Part shown: in pieces, positions 18,308-28,192 of the stretch
How positions within the stretch are numbered: the first letter of the stretch is position 1
Layout of the letters: every line of letters begins with the position of its first letter
Source of the DNA: an uncultured Collinsella sp.
GTDB lineage: Bacteria; Actinomycetota; Coriobacteriia; Coriobacteriales; Coriobacteriaceae
Reading direction: 5' to 3'
DNA length: 64,000 bases
Assembly (NCBI GenBank): GCA_900547345.1
Contig: URGG01000001.1
Span: forward strand, 2,994-66,993
Notes under the pieces: generated by a model
Databases searched by the model: none
What the model saw: the letters and a program-made list of their open reading frames with translations, nothing else
What the model was told of the DNA's origin: nothing
Position numbers and translations under genes: made by a program

Positions 18308-18946
18308 TTGTTGGACAGCTATTTTACTCTGCAATCGAATATTGAGGCTTCGGGCGAGTTTTTGGACCGCAAGAGCCGGTTTATTGCCCAGCTGGTCCAT
18401 ATTGAGTCCGAGGATGAGGCGAATGCCTTTATCGAGATGGTTCGCAAGCGTCATTATGACGCTCGACACAATGTCCCCGCGTGGATTTTAGTCGATGGAC
18501 GTGAGCGCCAGAGCGATGACGGCGAGCCGAGCCGCACGAGCGGCATGCCGACGCTTGAGGTGTTGCGTGGTGCAGGGCTCAAAAATGTTTGCTGCGTGGT
18601 GACGCGCTATTTTGGTGGCACGCTGCTGGGACCTGGTGGCTTGGTACGTGCCTATACTGCGGCGACGCAGGCGGCGGTGGCCGCGGCTCAGGAGGCCGGG
18701 CAGATCGTCGAGATGACGAGTGTAGTGCCGGTTGACGTGCATGTGGCCTATCCGCAGTATGAGCAGGTGCTTCGTTTGGCGCAGGATTCGGGTGCCAAGG
18801 TTTCGGATACCGATTACGCGGATGCCGTGACACTTCATTTGGTGTTTAAGGCGGGGGAGCAGGAGCCGTTTTGCGCTAAGATGCGCGAGCTTATGGCGGG
18901 GCGCGAGGAGATTGAGGTCGGCGCTCCCGAATTTGCCGAGTTCTAA
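18308..18946 (+). CDS. yigZ: YigZ/IMPACT-family (UPF0029) protein
   Basis: GEFLDRKSRFIAQL...ARHNVPAW...DDGEPSRTSGMPTLEVL...VVTRYFGGTLLGPGGLVRAY. TTG start. Confidence 0.85.
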   Translation: MLDSYFTLQSNIEASGEFLDRKSRFIAQLVHIESEDEANAFIEMVRKRHYDARHNVPAWILVDGRERQSDDGEPSRTSGMPTLEVLRGAGLKNVCCVVTRYFGGTLLGPGGLVRAYTAATQAAVAAAQEAGQIVEMTSVVPVDVHVAYPQYEQVLRLAQDSGAKVSDTDYADAVTLHLVFKAGEQEPFCAKMRELMAGREEIEVGAPEFAEF

Positions 18947-19014
18947 CGGCGACGGCCGGCGTGCTTTTGGATGGATCCCAAGCGCGCCGGTCGTCGTTTT
19001 TCTGTTGCTGCCGT

Positions 19015-19461
19015 TTACTCGGCGAGCTGCTTTAGCACATCGCAGGCGATCTCGACGGCATCGTCGATGCAACCGCGGCAGCTGCGGAGCGGACCCTTAT
19101 CCGATCCGATGCCCTTGAGCGTGCCGCAGACGGTCGTCGTATTCTTCTCGCCAAAACGCTTGGCGATTCCGCGCGACAGCTTGTAGGTCTGGCCCTTGGT
19201 CTTGGGGTTTTCCATGCCGTCGCTCATTACAAAGCCCATGATGGCCACGGCGCCCGAGATAGCGCCGCAGGTTTCGGTCATACCGCCCATGCCAGCGCCA
19301 AAGCCCTCGGTGAGGGTAAAGGCGACCTGGGGGTCGAGCCCGACGGCGGGAGCGAGCGTGCAGGCGACGGCCTGAGCGCAGTTAAAGCCACGGGCGTGGT
19401 ATTCGGCAGCCTGAGCCTGGCAGGCGGTGATGTCGAGCTGGGCCGTATCGATTTGCTTCAT
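19015..19461 (-). CDS. C_GCAxxG_C_C family protein
   Basis: GFNCAQAV... and a C-terminal CGTLKG...CRGC pattern. ATG at 19461 has AAGGAG 6 nt upstream. Confidence 0.8.
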   Translation of the reverse strand: MKQIDTAQLDITACQAQAAEYHARGFNCAQAVACTLAPAVGLDPQVAFTLTEGFGAGMGGMTETCGAISGAVAIMGFVMSDGMENPKTKGQTYKLSRGIAKRFGEKNTTTVCGTLKGIGSDKGPLRSCRGCIDDAVEIACDVLKQLAE

Positions 19462-19692
19462 CGTTGTCTCCTTGGTTACGGTGTACCCGCCTATGGTACC
19501 CGTGACGGTGCATGTAATCATCGAGAGCTTCATGGATGCCTTATTTTTATCTATCGAGTAAATGCCCAAGGCTTGAGATAAATACCCCTGATCAATTTGT
19601 CCAACAACCTACCTTTGGGATGGGTTGAGAGGGGTGCAGGGTAGCGGTATCGTGAACCGAATAAAACTAAAACCCAGGCAAGGGAGCTAGAT

Positions 19693-20976
19693 ATGAGCGA
19701 GCAGACTATCGGTACCACATGTGTTCAGGGCGGCTATCACCCGGGAGATGCGGAGCCGCGCCAGGTGCCCATTTACCAGTCCACCACGTGGAAGTACGAC
19801 ACGTCCGAGCACATGGGCAAGCTGTTTGACCTGGAGGAGTCTGGCTACTTCTACAGCCGTCTGCAGAACCCCACGTGCGATTTGGTTGCCGCCAAGATCT
19901 GTGAGATGGAGGGCGGCGCCGCTGCGATGCTCACGAGCTCGGGCATGGCTGCGAACTTCCTCGCTATCTTTAACGTGGCCGGTGCTGGCGATCACGTGGT
20001 CGCAAGCTCTGCCATTTACGGCGGTACCTACAACCTACTTGCTCATACCATGGAGCGCATGGGCTTGACCTGCACGTTCGTTGCCCCTGACTGCACCGAT
20101 GAGGAGCTCGAGGCAGCCTTTGAGCCCAATACCAAGCTTGTCTTTGGCGAGACGATTGCCAACCCCGCCCTTGCCGTGCTCGATATTGAGCGCTTTGCCA
20201 AGGCCGCACATGACCACGGCGTGCCGTTGATGGTCGACAACACCTTCCCGACGCCCGTGATGTGCCGTCCCTTTGAGTGGGGCGCCGACATCGTTACGCA
20301 CTCCACCACCAAGTACATGGATGGACATGCTGCCTACCTGGGCGGCGTGATCGTCGACCACGGCCAGTTTGACTGGATGGCCCATGCGGACAAGTTCCCG
20401 GGTCTTACCACGCCCGATGAGAGCTACCACGGCGTGACCTATGCCGAGAAGTTCGGTCGCGAGGGTGCCTTCATTACCAAGGCAACCGCTCAGCTTATGC
20501 GCGATCTTGGTCCCATGCAGAACCCGCATGCGGCGTTTTTCTTGAACAGCTCGCTCGAGAGCCTGCATGTGCGCATGCCGCGTCATTGTGAGAACGGCCT
20601 GGCCGTTGCCAAGTTCCTGCAGAGTCATCCCAAGGTACGCTTCGTGAGCTATCCGGGCCTGGAGGGCGACAAGTACTATGACCTGGCTCAGAAGTACATG
20701 CCCAACGGTACCTGCGGCGTTGTGAGCTTTGGCTTTAACGGTGGCCGTGCGGCGGCCGAGACCTTTATGAAGAGCCTCAAGCTCGCCCAGATCGCCACGC
20801 ACGTGGCCGACGCCCGCACTTGCTGCCTGCATCCCGCTAATGCCACGCATCGCCAGATGAACGATGAGGAACTCATTGCCTGTGGCATTTCCGCCGACAT
20901 GGTGCGCTTGTCGTGCGGCCTCGAGGACACGGCCGATCTGATTGCCGACCTTGAGCAGGCACTCGAGCAGTGCTAG
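19693..20976 (+). CDS. metY: O-acetylhomoserine aminocarboxypropyltransferase/sulfhydrylase (Cys/Met PLP family)
   Basis: YSRLQNPT, SGMAA, DNTFPTP and THSTTKYMDGH (PLP-Lys) motifs. 427 aa. Confidence 0.9.
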   Translation: MSEQTIGTTCVQGGYHPGDAEPRQVPIYQSTTWKYDTSEHMGKLFDLEESGYFYSRLQNPTCDLVAAKICEMEGGAAAMLTSSGMAANFLAIFNVAGAGDHVVASSAIYGGTYNLLAHTMERMGLTCTFVAPDCTDEELEAAFEPNTKLVFGETIANPALAVLDIERFAKAAHDHGVPLMVDNTFPTPVMCRPFEWGADIVTHSTTKYMDGHAAYLGGVIVDHGQFDWMAHADKFPGLTTPDESYHGVTYAEKFGREGAFITKATAQLMRDLGPMQNPHAAFFLNSSLESLHVRMPRHCENGLAVAKFLQSHPKVRFVSYPGLEGDKYYDLAQKYMPNGTCGVVSFGFNGGRAAAETFMKSLKLAQIATHVADARTCCLHPANATHRQMNDEELIACGISADMVRLSCGLEDTADLIADLEQALEQC

Positions 20977-21046
20977 GCTAGCGTGCGTGCGAGGCGTGGG
21001 ACGGCTTTTCGGCTGACGACGTCCTCATAGTTCCGATTCCGTAGGC

Positions 21047-21093
21047 GGGACCCCGATCGTGTCCGTTTGTAGGCGATTGGGGTCCCGTTTTTG
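21047..21093 (+). terminator. rho-independent terminator of metY
   Basis: GGGACCCCGATCG-...-CGATTGGGGTCCC followed by GTTTTTG. Confidence 0.75.
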
Positions 21094-21117
21094 CGTTGCA
21101 CGATAGAAAGGATATAC

Positions 21118-22422
21118 ATGGAGAAAACTGCCGAGCAGCTGCGCCGCGAACACATTGCCCTAGAGGGCGACACCCACGGTAAGAATAAATGGGCGATTCT
21201 GTTCACCGTGCTCGTCATGACCTTTATGGCGTGTCTGGATGCGAGCATCGTGACGGTGGCGCTCCCAGTGATGCAAAAGGAGCTGGGGGTGGGTCTCGAC
21301 CGCATTCAGCTCGTGAGCTCGGTGTATCTGCTCGCGACGTGCGTCGCCATGCTGCCGTTTGGCCGCTTGGGCGATGTGCGCGGCAAGGTGAATGTGTTCC
21401 AGCTTGGTGTAATCGTCTTTACGGGTGGCTCGTTGCTTTGCGGGCTTTCGGCTTCGCTCCAGGTGCTTATCTTGGCGCGTTTCGTGCAGGGCATTGGCTG
21501 TGCCGCCGCGATGGCCAACAATATGGGCATCATCACCGAGTCGTTTCCGGCGCGTGAGCGCGGCCGTGCCATGGGCATTCTGGCGACCTTTGTGGCTCTT
21601 GGCATGATGTGCGGCCCCGTGCTCGGCGGCGTGCTGGTGGCGAGCTTTCCCTGGGAGAGCATCTTCCTTATCAATCTGCCCATTGGCGTAATCTCGTTTA
21701 TCGTGGGACTCTATACGCTGCCGCATGTGAAGCCGGAGGCTGGCGAACGCCCTATGCCGTTGACAGAGGCGGCGCGTCGCTGCTTTGCGAGCTCGGCTTT
21801 CACGATTAACCTGGCTTGCATGCTTATCGTGTTCGTGGGTATCGGTGCCTCCGAGTTTGTGCTGCCGTTCTACTTTCAGGATGCCCACGGCTTTAGCTCC
21901 GATATCTCCGGCCTGTTGTTTTTGGCGATGCCGGTCGTGAATGCCTTTGTGGGCCCGCTTTCGGGCTCGGTGTCCGACCGTGTTGGTTGTGAAGCGCCCA
22001 CGGCCGTTGGCCTGGGCGTGTACGTGTGCGGTCTCTTTGCGGTGAGCACGCTTGACGAGCACTCTTCCATCTTGATGATTGTGTGCTGCGTCGCGTTTAT
22101 GTCGTGCGGCACGTCGATCTTCCAGAGTCCCAATAATTCGCTGTATATGGGTTCGGCTCCGCGTGAGGCGCTTGGCTTTGCGGGCAGCTTGAGCAGCTTG
22201 GCGCGCTATGCGGGCATAGCGCTGGGTATTACGGCGGCGTCGCGCATCCTGTATGGACAGACGAGCGCGGCGATGGGCAAGACGGTCACGAGCTATGTGG
22301 CGGGTCGTCCGGACGTGTTCCTCTTTGGCTTCCGTTTGGTATTCTACGTGCTGATGGCCGTTGCTACCGTGGGCTTTGCGCTCACATTGGTACGTTTGGT
22401 GAGGACGCGCACCCGGCATTAG
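21118..22422 (+). CDS. MFS transporter (drug:H+ antiporter-like)
   Basis: MEKTAEQL..., a multi-TM protein with the GRLGDVRGK MFS motif A. ATG at 21118 with a GAAAGGA RBS. Confidence 0.85.
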   Translation: MEKTAEQLRREHIALEGDTHGKNKWAILFTVLVMTFMACLDASIVTVALPVMQKELGVGLDRIQLVSSVYLLATCVAMLPFGRLGDVRGKVNVFQLGVIVFTGGSLLCGLSASLQVLILARFVQGIGCAAAMANNMGIITESFPARERGRAMGILATFVALGMMCGPVLGGVLVASFPWESIFLINLPIGVISFIVGLYTLPHVKPEAGERPMPLTEAARRCFASSAFTINLACMLIVFVGIGASEFVLPFYFQDAHGFSSDISGLLFLAMPVVNAFVGPLSGSVSDRVGCEAPTAVGLGVYVCGLFAVSTLDEHSSILMIVCCVAFMSCGTSIFQSPNNSLYMGSAPREALGFAGSLSSLARYAGIALGITAASRILYGQTSAAMGKTVTSYVAGRPDVFLFGFRLVFYVLMAVATVGFALTLVRLVRTRTRH

Positions 22423-22579
22423 CGTGTTGGGAGGCTGCCTGCCACGACTCGCGCCGTTCCAAAAAGACTGGTTTGTGGTGCGATGCGGCTTGTGGGGCGG
22501 GCGGGGGTCGGTCCGTGGTAGACTATCGAACAACGTTTATTAATCGCGCGGTATCGTTGCCGCGAGAAGGGGTTGCGCC

Positions 22580-23158
22580 ATGCAGGAGCTTGAGGATCGT
22601 ATTCGCCATGACGGCATCGTAAAGGCCGGTAACGTCCTTAAGGTTGATGCCTTCCTCAACCACCAGTGCGACGTTGAGCTGTTCGACCATATGGGCGCCG
22701 AGTGGGCCCGTCTGTTCGAGGGTGTCGAGATCAACAAGATCCTGACGATCGAGGCTTCGGGCATTGGCATGGCTTGCATTGCGGCCCAGCATTTTGGCGG
22801 CGTGCCGGTGGTCTTTGCCAAGAAGGCACAGTCCATCAACCTCGACGGCGAGCAGTATGCCACGACCATCTACTCCTTTACCAAGCAGAAGGAGTACCCG
22901 GTTATCGTTGGCAAGCGTTTTCTGTCCGAGGGCGACAAGGTCCTGATTATCGACGACTTCCTGGCCAACGGCTGCGCGCTCGAGGGCCTTATCAAGATTT
23001 GCGAGGCTGCGGGTGCCGAGGTGTCCGGTATTGGCATTGCAGTGGAGAAGGGCTTCCAGGGCGGCGGCGATAAGCTCCGCGAGCGCGGCTTCCGCGTCGA
23101 GAGCCTGGCCCGTATCGCCGATATGGACTGCGAGACCGGCGAGATCACTTTCGCCTAA
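22580..23158 (+). CDS. xpt: xanthine phosphoribosyltransferase
   Basis: [29 protein letters not shown]... and the [15 protein letters not shown]-binding motif. Confidence 0.9.
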   Translation: MQELEDRIRHDGIVKAGNVLKVDAFLNHQCDVELFDHMGAEWARLFEGVEINKILTIEASGIGMACIAAQHFGGVPVVFAKKAQSINLDGEQYATTIYSFTKQKEYPVIVGKRFLSEGDKVLIIDDFLANGCALEGLIKICEAAGAEVSGIGIAVEKGFQGGGDKLRERGFRVESLARIADMDCETGEITFA

Positions 23159-23187
23159 GCGCGCAACACAAGCGATTGGTATGCGAT

Positions 23188-23221
23188 GTGACAAAGGGAC
23201 TTTCCCTTTGTCACATTTTTT
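23188..23221 (+). terminator. rho-independent terminator of xpt
   Basis: GTGACAAAGGGA-ct-TTCCCTTTGTCAC followed by ATTTTTTG. Confidence 0.8.
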
Positions 23222-23241
23222 GTATGAGGGGAGGTGTTGAT

Positions 23242-23622
23242 ATGGACGAGAACAAGATGGGATGGCGCGAGTATGCGCGCTATGCCGAGATGTCGGCCGA
23301 GGAGTTGGCGCGCGATTGCGAGGCGCAGGTGTTTCGCGCGACGGGTCCGGGCGGACAAGGCGTCAACACGACGGACTCGGCGGTGCGCATGAAACATATC
23401 CCTTCGGGAATTACCGTGACGGCGCGCGAGAGCCGCAGCCAGTTCCAGAACCGTAGCTGCTGTCTGCGTAAGCTGAGGGCAGAGCTTGAGCGTCGTGGCC
23501 GTCCGCCGCGCCGACGCGTAAAGACCAAGGTGCCTCAGCGCTCTCGCCAGCGCAGGCTCAATGACAAGCACTTCAACGCCATTAAAAAGGCCAACCGTCG
23601 CAAGCCGGGCAGCGAAGAATAG
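23242..23622 (+). CDS. arfB: ArfB-type peptidyl-tRNA hydrolase (RF-1 domain, GGQ)
   Basis: GPGGQGVNTTDSAVRMKHIPSGI plus a basic C-terminal tail (RRRVKTKVPQRSRQRRLNDK...). GAGGGGAGG RBS. Confidence 0.8.
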   Translation: MDENKMGWREYARYAEMSAEELARDCEAQVFRATGPGGQGVNTTDSAVRMKHIPSGITVTARESRSQFQNRSCCLRKLRAELERRGRPPRRRVKTKVPQRSRQRRLNDKHFNAIKKANRRKPGSEE

Positions 23623-23631
23623 CCTTCTCAT

Positions 23632-23700
23632 AAGTTGCGGTGAAATAGGGACTGTTTTGCGGCTTTAGATGCATAAACAGTCCCTATTTCACCGCAACTT
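23632..23700. repeat. conserved hairpin element, family C, copy 2 (bidirectional terminator between convergent genes)
   Basis: Perfect 26-bp arms: AAGTTGCGGTGAAATAGGGACTGTTT and AAACAGTCCCTATTTCACCGCAACTT, with a 17-nt loop. Confidence 0.85.
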
Positions 23701-23708
23701 AGGTGGGG

Positions 23709-24671
23709 TTAGCGGGTGGGGTGCCAGACGTGGAGGGCGCCGCTGAGGATGTCGACCTCAATGCGCGAGGCGACAACGGGCTCGCCGTCGGCCTGGATGG
23801 GGTAGTCGGGCTCCTCAAAAGTGAGCTCGGCATGGCGGCAGCGGCGCATGCGAACCGGCGGCAGCTTGGTATGATGGCCGTCCTTGGCCGAAAGGAACAT
23901 AGGCAGGGCTACCGCGCGAGGGACGGGGCCGCAGGCGTAGCAGACGTCGAGCATGCCGTCGCAGGGGTCGGCATCGGGGCAGATGCGATAGCCCGAGCCA
24001 TACGTGGGGCCCAGCTGAATCGCCATGATGATCGCCCTTACGCGCTCGGCGGGCGCGCCGTCAAAGCTGGCTGTCATGGGGTAGTTGCGATAGCGTAGGC
24101 CAAACTGCTCAAGTCCCGAAAGAGTGTAGAGCGGAGCGCCGGCGAGGCCCGTCTTTTTGCGTAGCTCGGTGGTGCTCAGGCCGATGGCGGCATCGATGCC
24201 GACCGAAAGCGTCTGGTCGTAGTACTCAACGGCAGCCTCGCCGTTGCCGCTCGCAGGGCTCCACGAGCGAATGCGCCCGATGTCCTGACGCTGCAGCTCG
24301 CAGGTGAGCAGCGCGCCAAAATCTTTGCCGGAGAAATCGTCGATTCCGAGTGTCTGGGCAAAATCATTGCCGGAGCCCACGGGTAAGATGGCAAGAGCGG
24401 GGCGGGCTTTCTCCTTTTGCGCCATCAAGCCATTGACGACCTCGTGGATCACGCCGTCGCCGCCGAGTGCGATAACGGTGCGATAGCCCGTTGCCTGGGC
24501 GGCCAGCTCCTTGGCGTGTCCCATTCGCTCGGTTAGCACCAGGTCAAACTGGGATGCGCGTGCGGTCATGTCCAAAAAGCGCTGCAGACGCTCGGCAACT
24601 TCGCGCGCCGCACCCGACTGGGCGGCGGGGTTGGCGATGATGAGCGTACGTCCAAAATCAGTTGCGTGCAT
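23709..24671 (-). CDS. diacylglycerol/lipid kinase family protein (YegS/DagK-like)
   Basis: LIIANPAAQSG...IALGGDGVIHEVVNGL...LAILPVGSGNDFA. ATG at 24671. Confidence 0.85.
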   Translation of the reverse strand: MHATDFGRTLIIANPAAQSGAAREVAERLQRFLDMTARASQFDLVLTERMGHAKELAAQATGYRTVIALGGDGVIHEVVNGLMAQKEKARPALAILPVGSGNDFAQTLGIDDFSGKDFGALLTCELQRQDIGRIRSWSPASGNGEAAVEYYDQTLSVGIDAAIGLSTTELRKKTGLAGAPLYTLSGLEQFGLRYRNYPMTASFDGAPAERVRAIIMAIQLGPTYGSGYRICPDADPCDGMLDVCYACGPVPRAVALPMFLSAKDGHHTKLPPVRMRRCRHAELTFEEPDYPIQADGEPVVASRIEVDILSGALHVWHPTR

Positions 24672-24758
24672 GGGGCGACTCCCGGCGTATGGCGTGACGG
24701 TGCGGTCGCGCTCAGGTCGAATTGCCCCCGATTGTGGCTGCACGGCGAATACTTACGT

Positions 24759-26180
24759 CTACTCTATCAGGTCGTTGTGGCGCTCGATAGCATCCGCTAC
24801 CGTACCGCCCTCATCCACAATAAGCGAACGGCGCTTGGGTGAGATGATGCGTTGGGCGGGGTACACGCCGCGGTGCCCGCCGACGAGATAGCTGATAAAG
24901 GCCACGATGACAAAGAAGCCGGCTGCCGTGCCGTGGAACAGGTCGATGGCCATCATGCAGGTGGTGATGGGCACGTTGAGGCCGGCGCAGAACACGCCGA
25001 GCATGCCGAGAGCCGCCAGAAAACTGGGGTCGAGCCCGGTAAGGCAACCGATCCAGCCACCGAGTGCCGCGCCGATGCCAAACAGGGGCGTGACCTCGCC
25101 GCCTTGGAAGCCTGCGCCCAGGGTAAGCGCTGTGACGACCAACTTGATGGCTGCGTCCGTCAGGGTGGTGTTGCCTGCAAATCCGGCGCCGGAAAGCCAC
25201 GTGGAAAGGCCGGCGTAGTCCCAGGCATCGAGGAGGGCATAGGCGGCCAAAACCACGAGTGCGCCTATAAGTGCGCGAACAAGGTAATTGGTGATAAAGC
25301 GACCGTACAGGCTCTTGACGGTTCGAACCGACCAGGCAAAGAGGCGTGCCGTCAGACCGAAGATAATGGCGCTGATAACAACGATGACAACCGTTTTGGG
25401 TGTCATGTTGGGAACGCTGGCGATGACATTCGCCTCGTACTCGGTTCCCAAGGCAAGCGACGTAAAGTAGCCGGTAAACGAGGCGACCAGGCAGTAGATG
25501 CCCGCGGTGTAGTCGATCTTGCCGATAAAGCACATCTCCATGCCAAAGAAAGCCCCGGCAAGGGGCGAACCGAATACGGCACCAAAGGCCGACGAGATGC
25601 CGGCGAGCATGAGGTCGTGGTGGTCATGCTTTTTGAGGTGGGCGAGGCTCGAGATGTTGCTGGCGATGGTGCCGCCGATCTGCACCGCGGCCCCCTCGCG
25701 ACCGGCCGATCCGCCCGTTAGGTGCGTGAGCGTGGAGCACACAAACGTGAGGACGGCCATGCGCATATGGATGAGGCGTGTGCCCAGAGCGGAGTCGATG
25801 ACCAGGTTGTTGCCACGCTTTGCGGCGAGACCGTGGTTCTTGTAGACCCATGCGGTGGCCATGCCCACAACGGGAAGCAGCGCGTAAATCCACGCATGGT
25901 GCTCGCGATAGTCGGTCGCGATATTCAGCGAGGCCAAAAACGCCCAAGCGGCAACGCCCATGGCGAGCGAGACGATGACGACGAGTGCGAGCAACTTGGC
26001 GCTCGCGAGTAGGTTGCGGGCGTTGCGGCGCGTGTCGGCAGCCAAGAGATGCTCAGAGCGGGTGAGCTGATGCCTGCCTGCCGTGATGACGTCGTTCAGG
26101 GAGAAAAAACCGCCTTCGTCGAGCGGCTGGGAATGATCCTGCGCTTCGTTTGCGCTTTCGGGTTTGTCGTTATGAGCCAT
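24759..26180 (-). CDS. ClC-family ion channel/antiporter with CLC-F-like filter motifs
   Basis: Multi-TM protein with GNNLV in place of GSGIP, GREGA, and GGEVTPLFG in place of GxFxP. ATG at 26180 with an AGAGGA RBS. Confidence 0.85.
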   Translation of the reverse strand: MAHNDKPESANEAQDHSQPLDEGGFFSLNDVITAGRHQLTRSEHLLAADTRRNARNLLASAKLLALVVIVSLAMGVAAWAFLASLNIATDYREHHAWIYALLPVVGMATAWVYKNHGLAAKRGNNLVIDSALGTRLIHMRMAVLTFVCSTLTHLTGGSAGREGAAVQIGGTIASNISSLAHLKKHDHHDLMLAGISSAFGAVFGSPLAGAFFGMEMCFIGKIDYTAGIYCLVASFTGYFTSLALGTEYEANVIASVPNMTPKTVVIVVISAIIFGLTARLFAWSVRTVKSLYGRFITNYLVRALIGALVVLAAYALLDAWDYAGLSTWLSGAGFAGNTTLTDAAIKLVVTALTLGAGFQGGEVTPLFGIGAALGGWIGCLTGLDPSFLAALGMLGVFCAGLNVPITTCMMAIDLFHGTAAGFFVIVAFISYLVGGHRGVYPAQRIISPKRRSLIVDEGGTVADAIERHNDLIE

Positions 26181-26390
26181 ACGTTCCTCTTTTAGGTTGC
26201 AACGCAAGCATTATAAAACGCGGCTAACGCGACGAGCCGGTGGGTTGGTTTCCATTCTGTTTCGCGGCCTGCAACCGACAGGTGTATTTGCGGGTACAGG
26301 CCGAGTCGCGGTCGTGCGTCGGGGGATTATACTGAGACAAGCATAAAGAATCGGCGCCCCTGTTGTGCGCCGTGGCATTAAGAGGTGCAT

Positions 26391-27653
26391 ATGGCAGAGA
26401 AACTCATTCCGCTGGAGGACGCGCAGTCGATTGTTTTGTCGCACGTTGCTCCGACCGATCTCGTCGAGATTCCCGTGTGGCAGGCGGCTGGTTTTCCCTT
26501 GGCCGAGGACGCGGTGGCCGATATCGACATCTCGCCGTTTGCCAACAGCGCCATGGACGGGTATGCCGTGCGCTCGGCGGACTTGGCGCAGGCATCTGGC
26601 GAGGTGCCGGTGACGCTCGACGTTATCGGACACGAGGCCGCGGGCCATGTCTTTGAGGGCACAATCGGCGCGGGCGAGACAGTCCGCATCATGACGGGCG
26701 CGCCGGTACCCGAAGGTGCCGATGCCGTGGTGAAGTACGAGATCGTCGACGTACTCGATGGCGACGGCAACGAGGGCTCGCACGTTCGCTTCTCGGCGCC
26801 TGCCAAGGTAGGGGAGAACGTTCGCTCTGCCGCCGAGGAGGCCCATGCCGGCGATGTTGTGATGCATGCCGGCGAGGTCGTGGCTCCGGCGGGCGCCGGC
26901 TTGCTGGCAAGCGCCGGATACGCGAGCGTGAAGGTGTACGCTGCCCCACGTGTGGGCATCATCTCGTTGGGCACGGAACTGGTCGCACCGAGTAAGGTAC
27001 CGGCGCGCGGTCAGATTCGCGATTCCAACTCCTCGGCGCTGATGGCCGAAGCACTCGATGCTGGCGCCGAGCCCGTGTTCTACGGCATCGCGCCCGATGA
27101 TGAGCAGGCGATTACCGAGTTGGTGCATCGTGCCGTGCAGGAGTGCGATTTTGTCATTACGAGCGGTGGCGCCTCGGCGGGCGACTATGACTACGTGACG
27201 GCGCTGGTTAAGCGCGAGGGTGAGGTGTTATTCGATCGCATCTCGATGCGTCCGGGCAAGGCTATCACGTTTGGCTTGCTCGCAGGTAAGCCCTACCTGG
27301 GGCTTTCAGGCAATCCGGCCGCGGCGTATGTGGGCTTTGAGATGCTCGCCCGCCCGGCGATTCGTAAGATGCGCGGCTTTGCCGAAGGTGCGCGTCCCGT
27401 GCAGCAGGCGACGCTCACACACGGCGTGAAAAAGCGACAGCATCGTCGCTTCTTCGATCGCGCCACGGTTTTGCGCGACCCCGAGACCGGTGAGCTGTTG
27501 GTGACCGAGGCCAAGACGCAGAATTCGGCGCTGCTCGGCACGATGCAGCGTGCGAACTGCCTGTTGCGTGTTGACGAAGGACCGTGTGAGCTCAAGGCGG
27601 GCGACGTCGTGGATGTCGTGCGTGTTGACCTGCCCGAGGGCGCCGTGTTGTAG
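26391..27653 (+). CDS. moeA: molybdopterin molybdenumtransferase
   Basis: LIPLEDAQSIVL...FANSAMDGYAV...RIMTGAPVPEGADAVV...ITSGGASAGDYD...SGNPAAA. Confidence 0.9.
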   Translation: MAEKLIPLEDAQSIVLSHVAPTDLVEIPVWQAAGFPLAEDAVADIDISPFANSAMDGYAVRSADLAQASGEVPVTLDVIGHEAAGHVFEGTIGAGETVRIMTGAPVPEGADAVVKYEIVDVLDGDGNEGSHVRFSAPAKVGENVRSAAEEAHAGDVVMHAGEVVAPAGAGLLASAGYASVKVYAAPRVGIISLGTELVAPSKVPARGQIRDSNSSALMAEALDAGAEPVFYGIAPDDEQAITELVHRAVQECDFVITSGGASAGDYDYVTALVKREGEVLFDRISMRPGKAITFGLLAGKPYLGLSGNPAAAYVGFEMLARPAIRKMRGFAEGARPVQQATLTHGVKKRQHRRFFDRATVLRDPETGELLVTEAKTQNSALLGTMQRANCLLRVDEGPCELKAGDVVDVVRVDLPEGAVL

Positions 27654-27663
27654 GAGGAATGCT

Positions 27664-28143
27664 ATGGAGCTGAAGATTTCGATTGTGACGTGCTCGGATA
27701 CGCGCGATCTTGCCCAGGACGAGGCTGGAGCCGCACTCGAGGAACTCATCATGGCGCAGGGCTGGACGGTTGCCTCACATGTGGTCGTGCGCGACGACGC
27801 CAGCGAGATCGGTGATGCCATTGTGGAAGCCGCCGATGAGTGCCACGCCAATGTCGTGCTCACCTGCGGCGGCACGGGGCTTTCGATGCGCGATGTGACG
27901 CCCGAGGCGACGCGTGCCGTCTGCGACCGCGATGTGCCGGGTATTGCAGAGGCAATTCGTGCGTACTCCATGACTAAGACGCGCCGCGCTATGCTCTCGC
28001 GCGCCGTGTGCATGCAGCGTGGGTATACACTTGTCATCAACTTTCCGGGATCTACGAAAGCGGCCCGCGAAAGCTGGGAGGCCGTGAGCGATCAGCTGGA
28101 GCATGCGGCCCAAATGACGGCGGGCGGCGGGCACGCCAAATAA
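27664..28143 (+). CDS. MogA/MoaB-family molybdenum cofactor biosynthesis protein
   Basis: KISIVTCSDTR...VLTCGGTGLSMRDVTPEAT...INFPGSTKAA. GGAGGAA RBS. Confidence 0.85.
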   Translation: MELKISIVTCSDTRDLAQDEAGAALEELIMAQGWTVASHVVVRDDASEIGDAIVEAADECHANVVLTCGGTGLSMRDVTPEATRAVCDRDVPGIAEAIRAYSMTKTRRAMLSRAVCMQRGYTLVINFPGSTKAARESWEAVSDQLEHAAQMTAGGGHAK

Positions 28144-28156
28144 GCGCACTACCTGC

Positions 28157-28192
28157 GGCGGAGCGACCTTACGGGCTGCTCCGCCTTTTTTA
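28157..28192 (+). terminator. rho-independent terminator after mog
   Basis: GGCGGAGC-...-GCTCCGCC followed by TTTTTT. Confidence 0.8.

Noticed and set aside
19570-19692. Possible SAM riboswitch or T-box upstream of metY
   Set aside because: No S-box/SAM-IV core or T-box specifier/T-box sequence was recognisable in the 120-nt leader.
22423-22579. Possible purine riboswitch upstream of xpt
   Set aside because: The conserved purine-riboswitch core (TATAAT...ATATGG...CTACC...GACTA three-way junction) could not be found. Only a generic GC hairpin is present.
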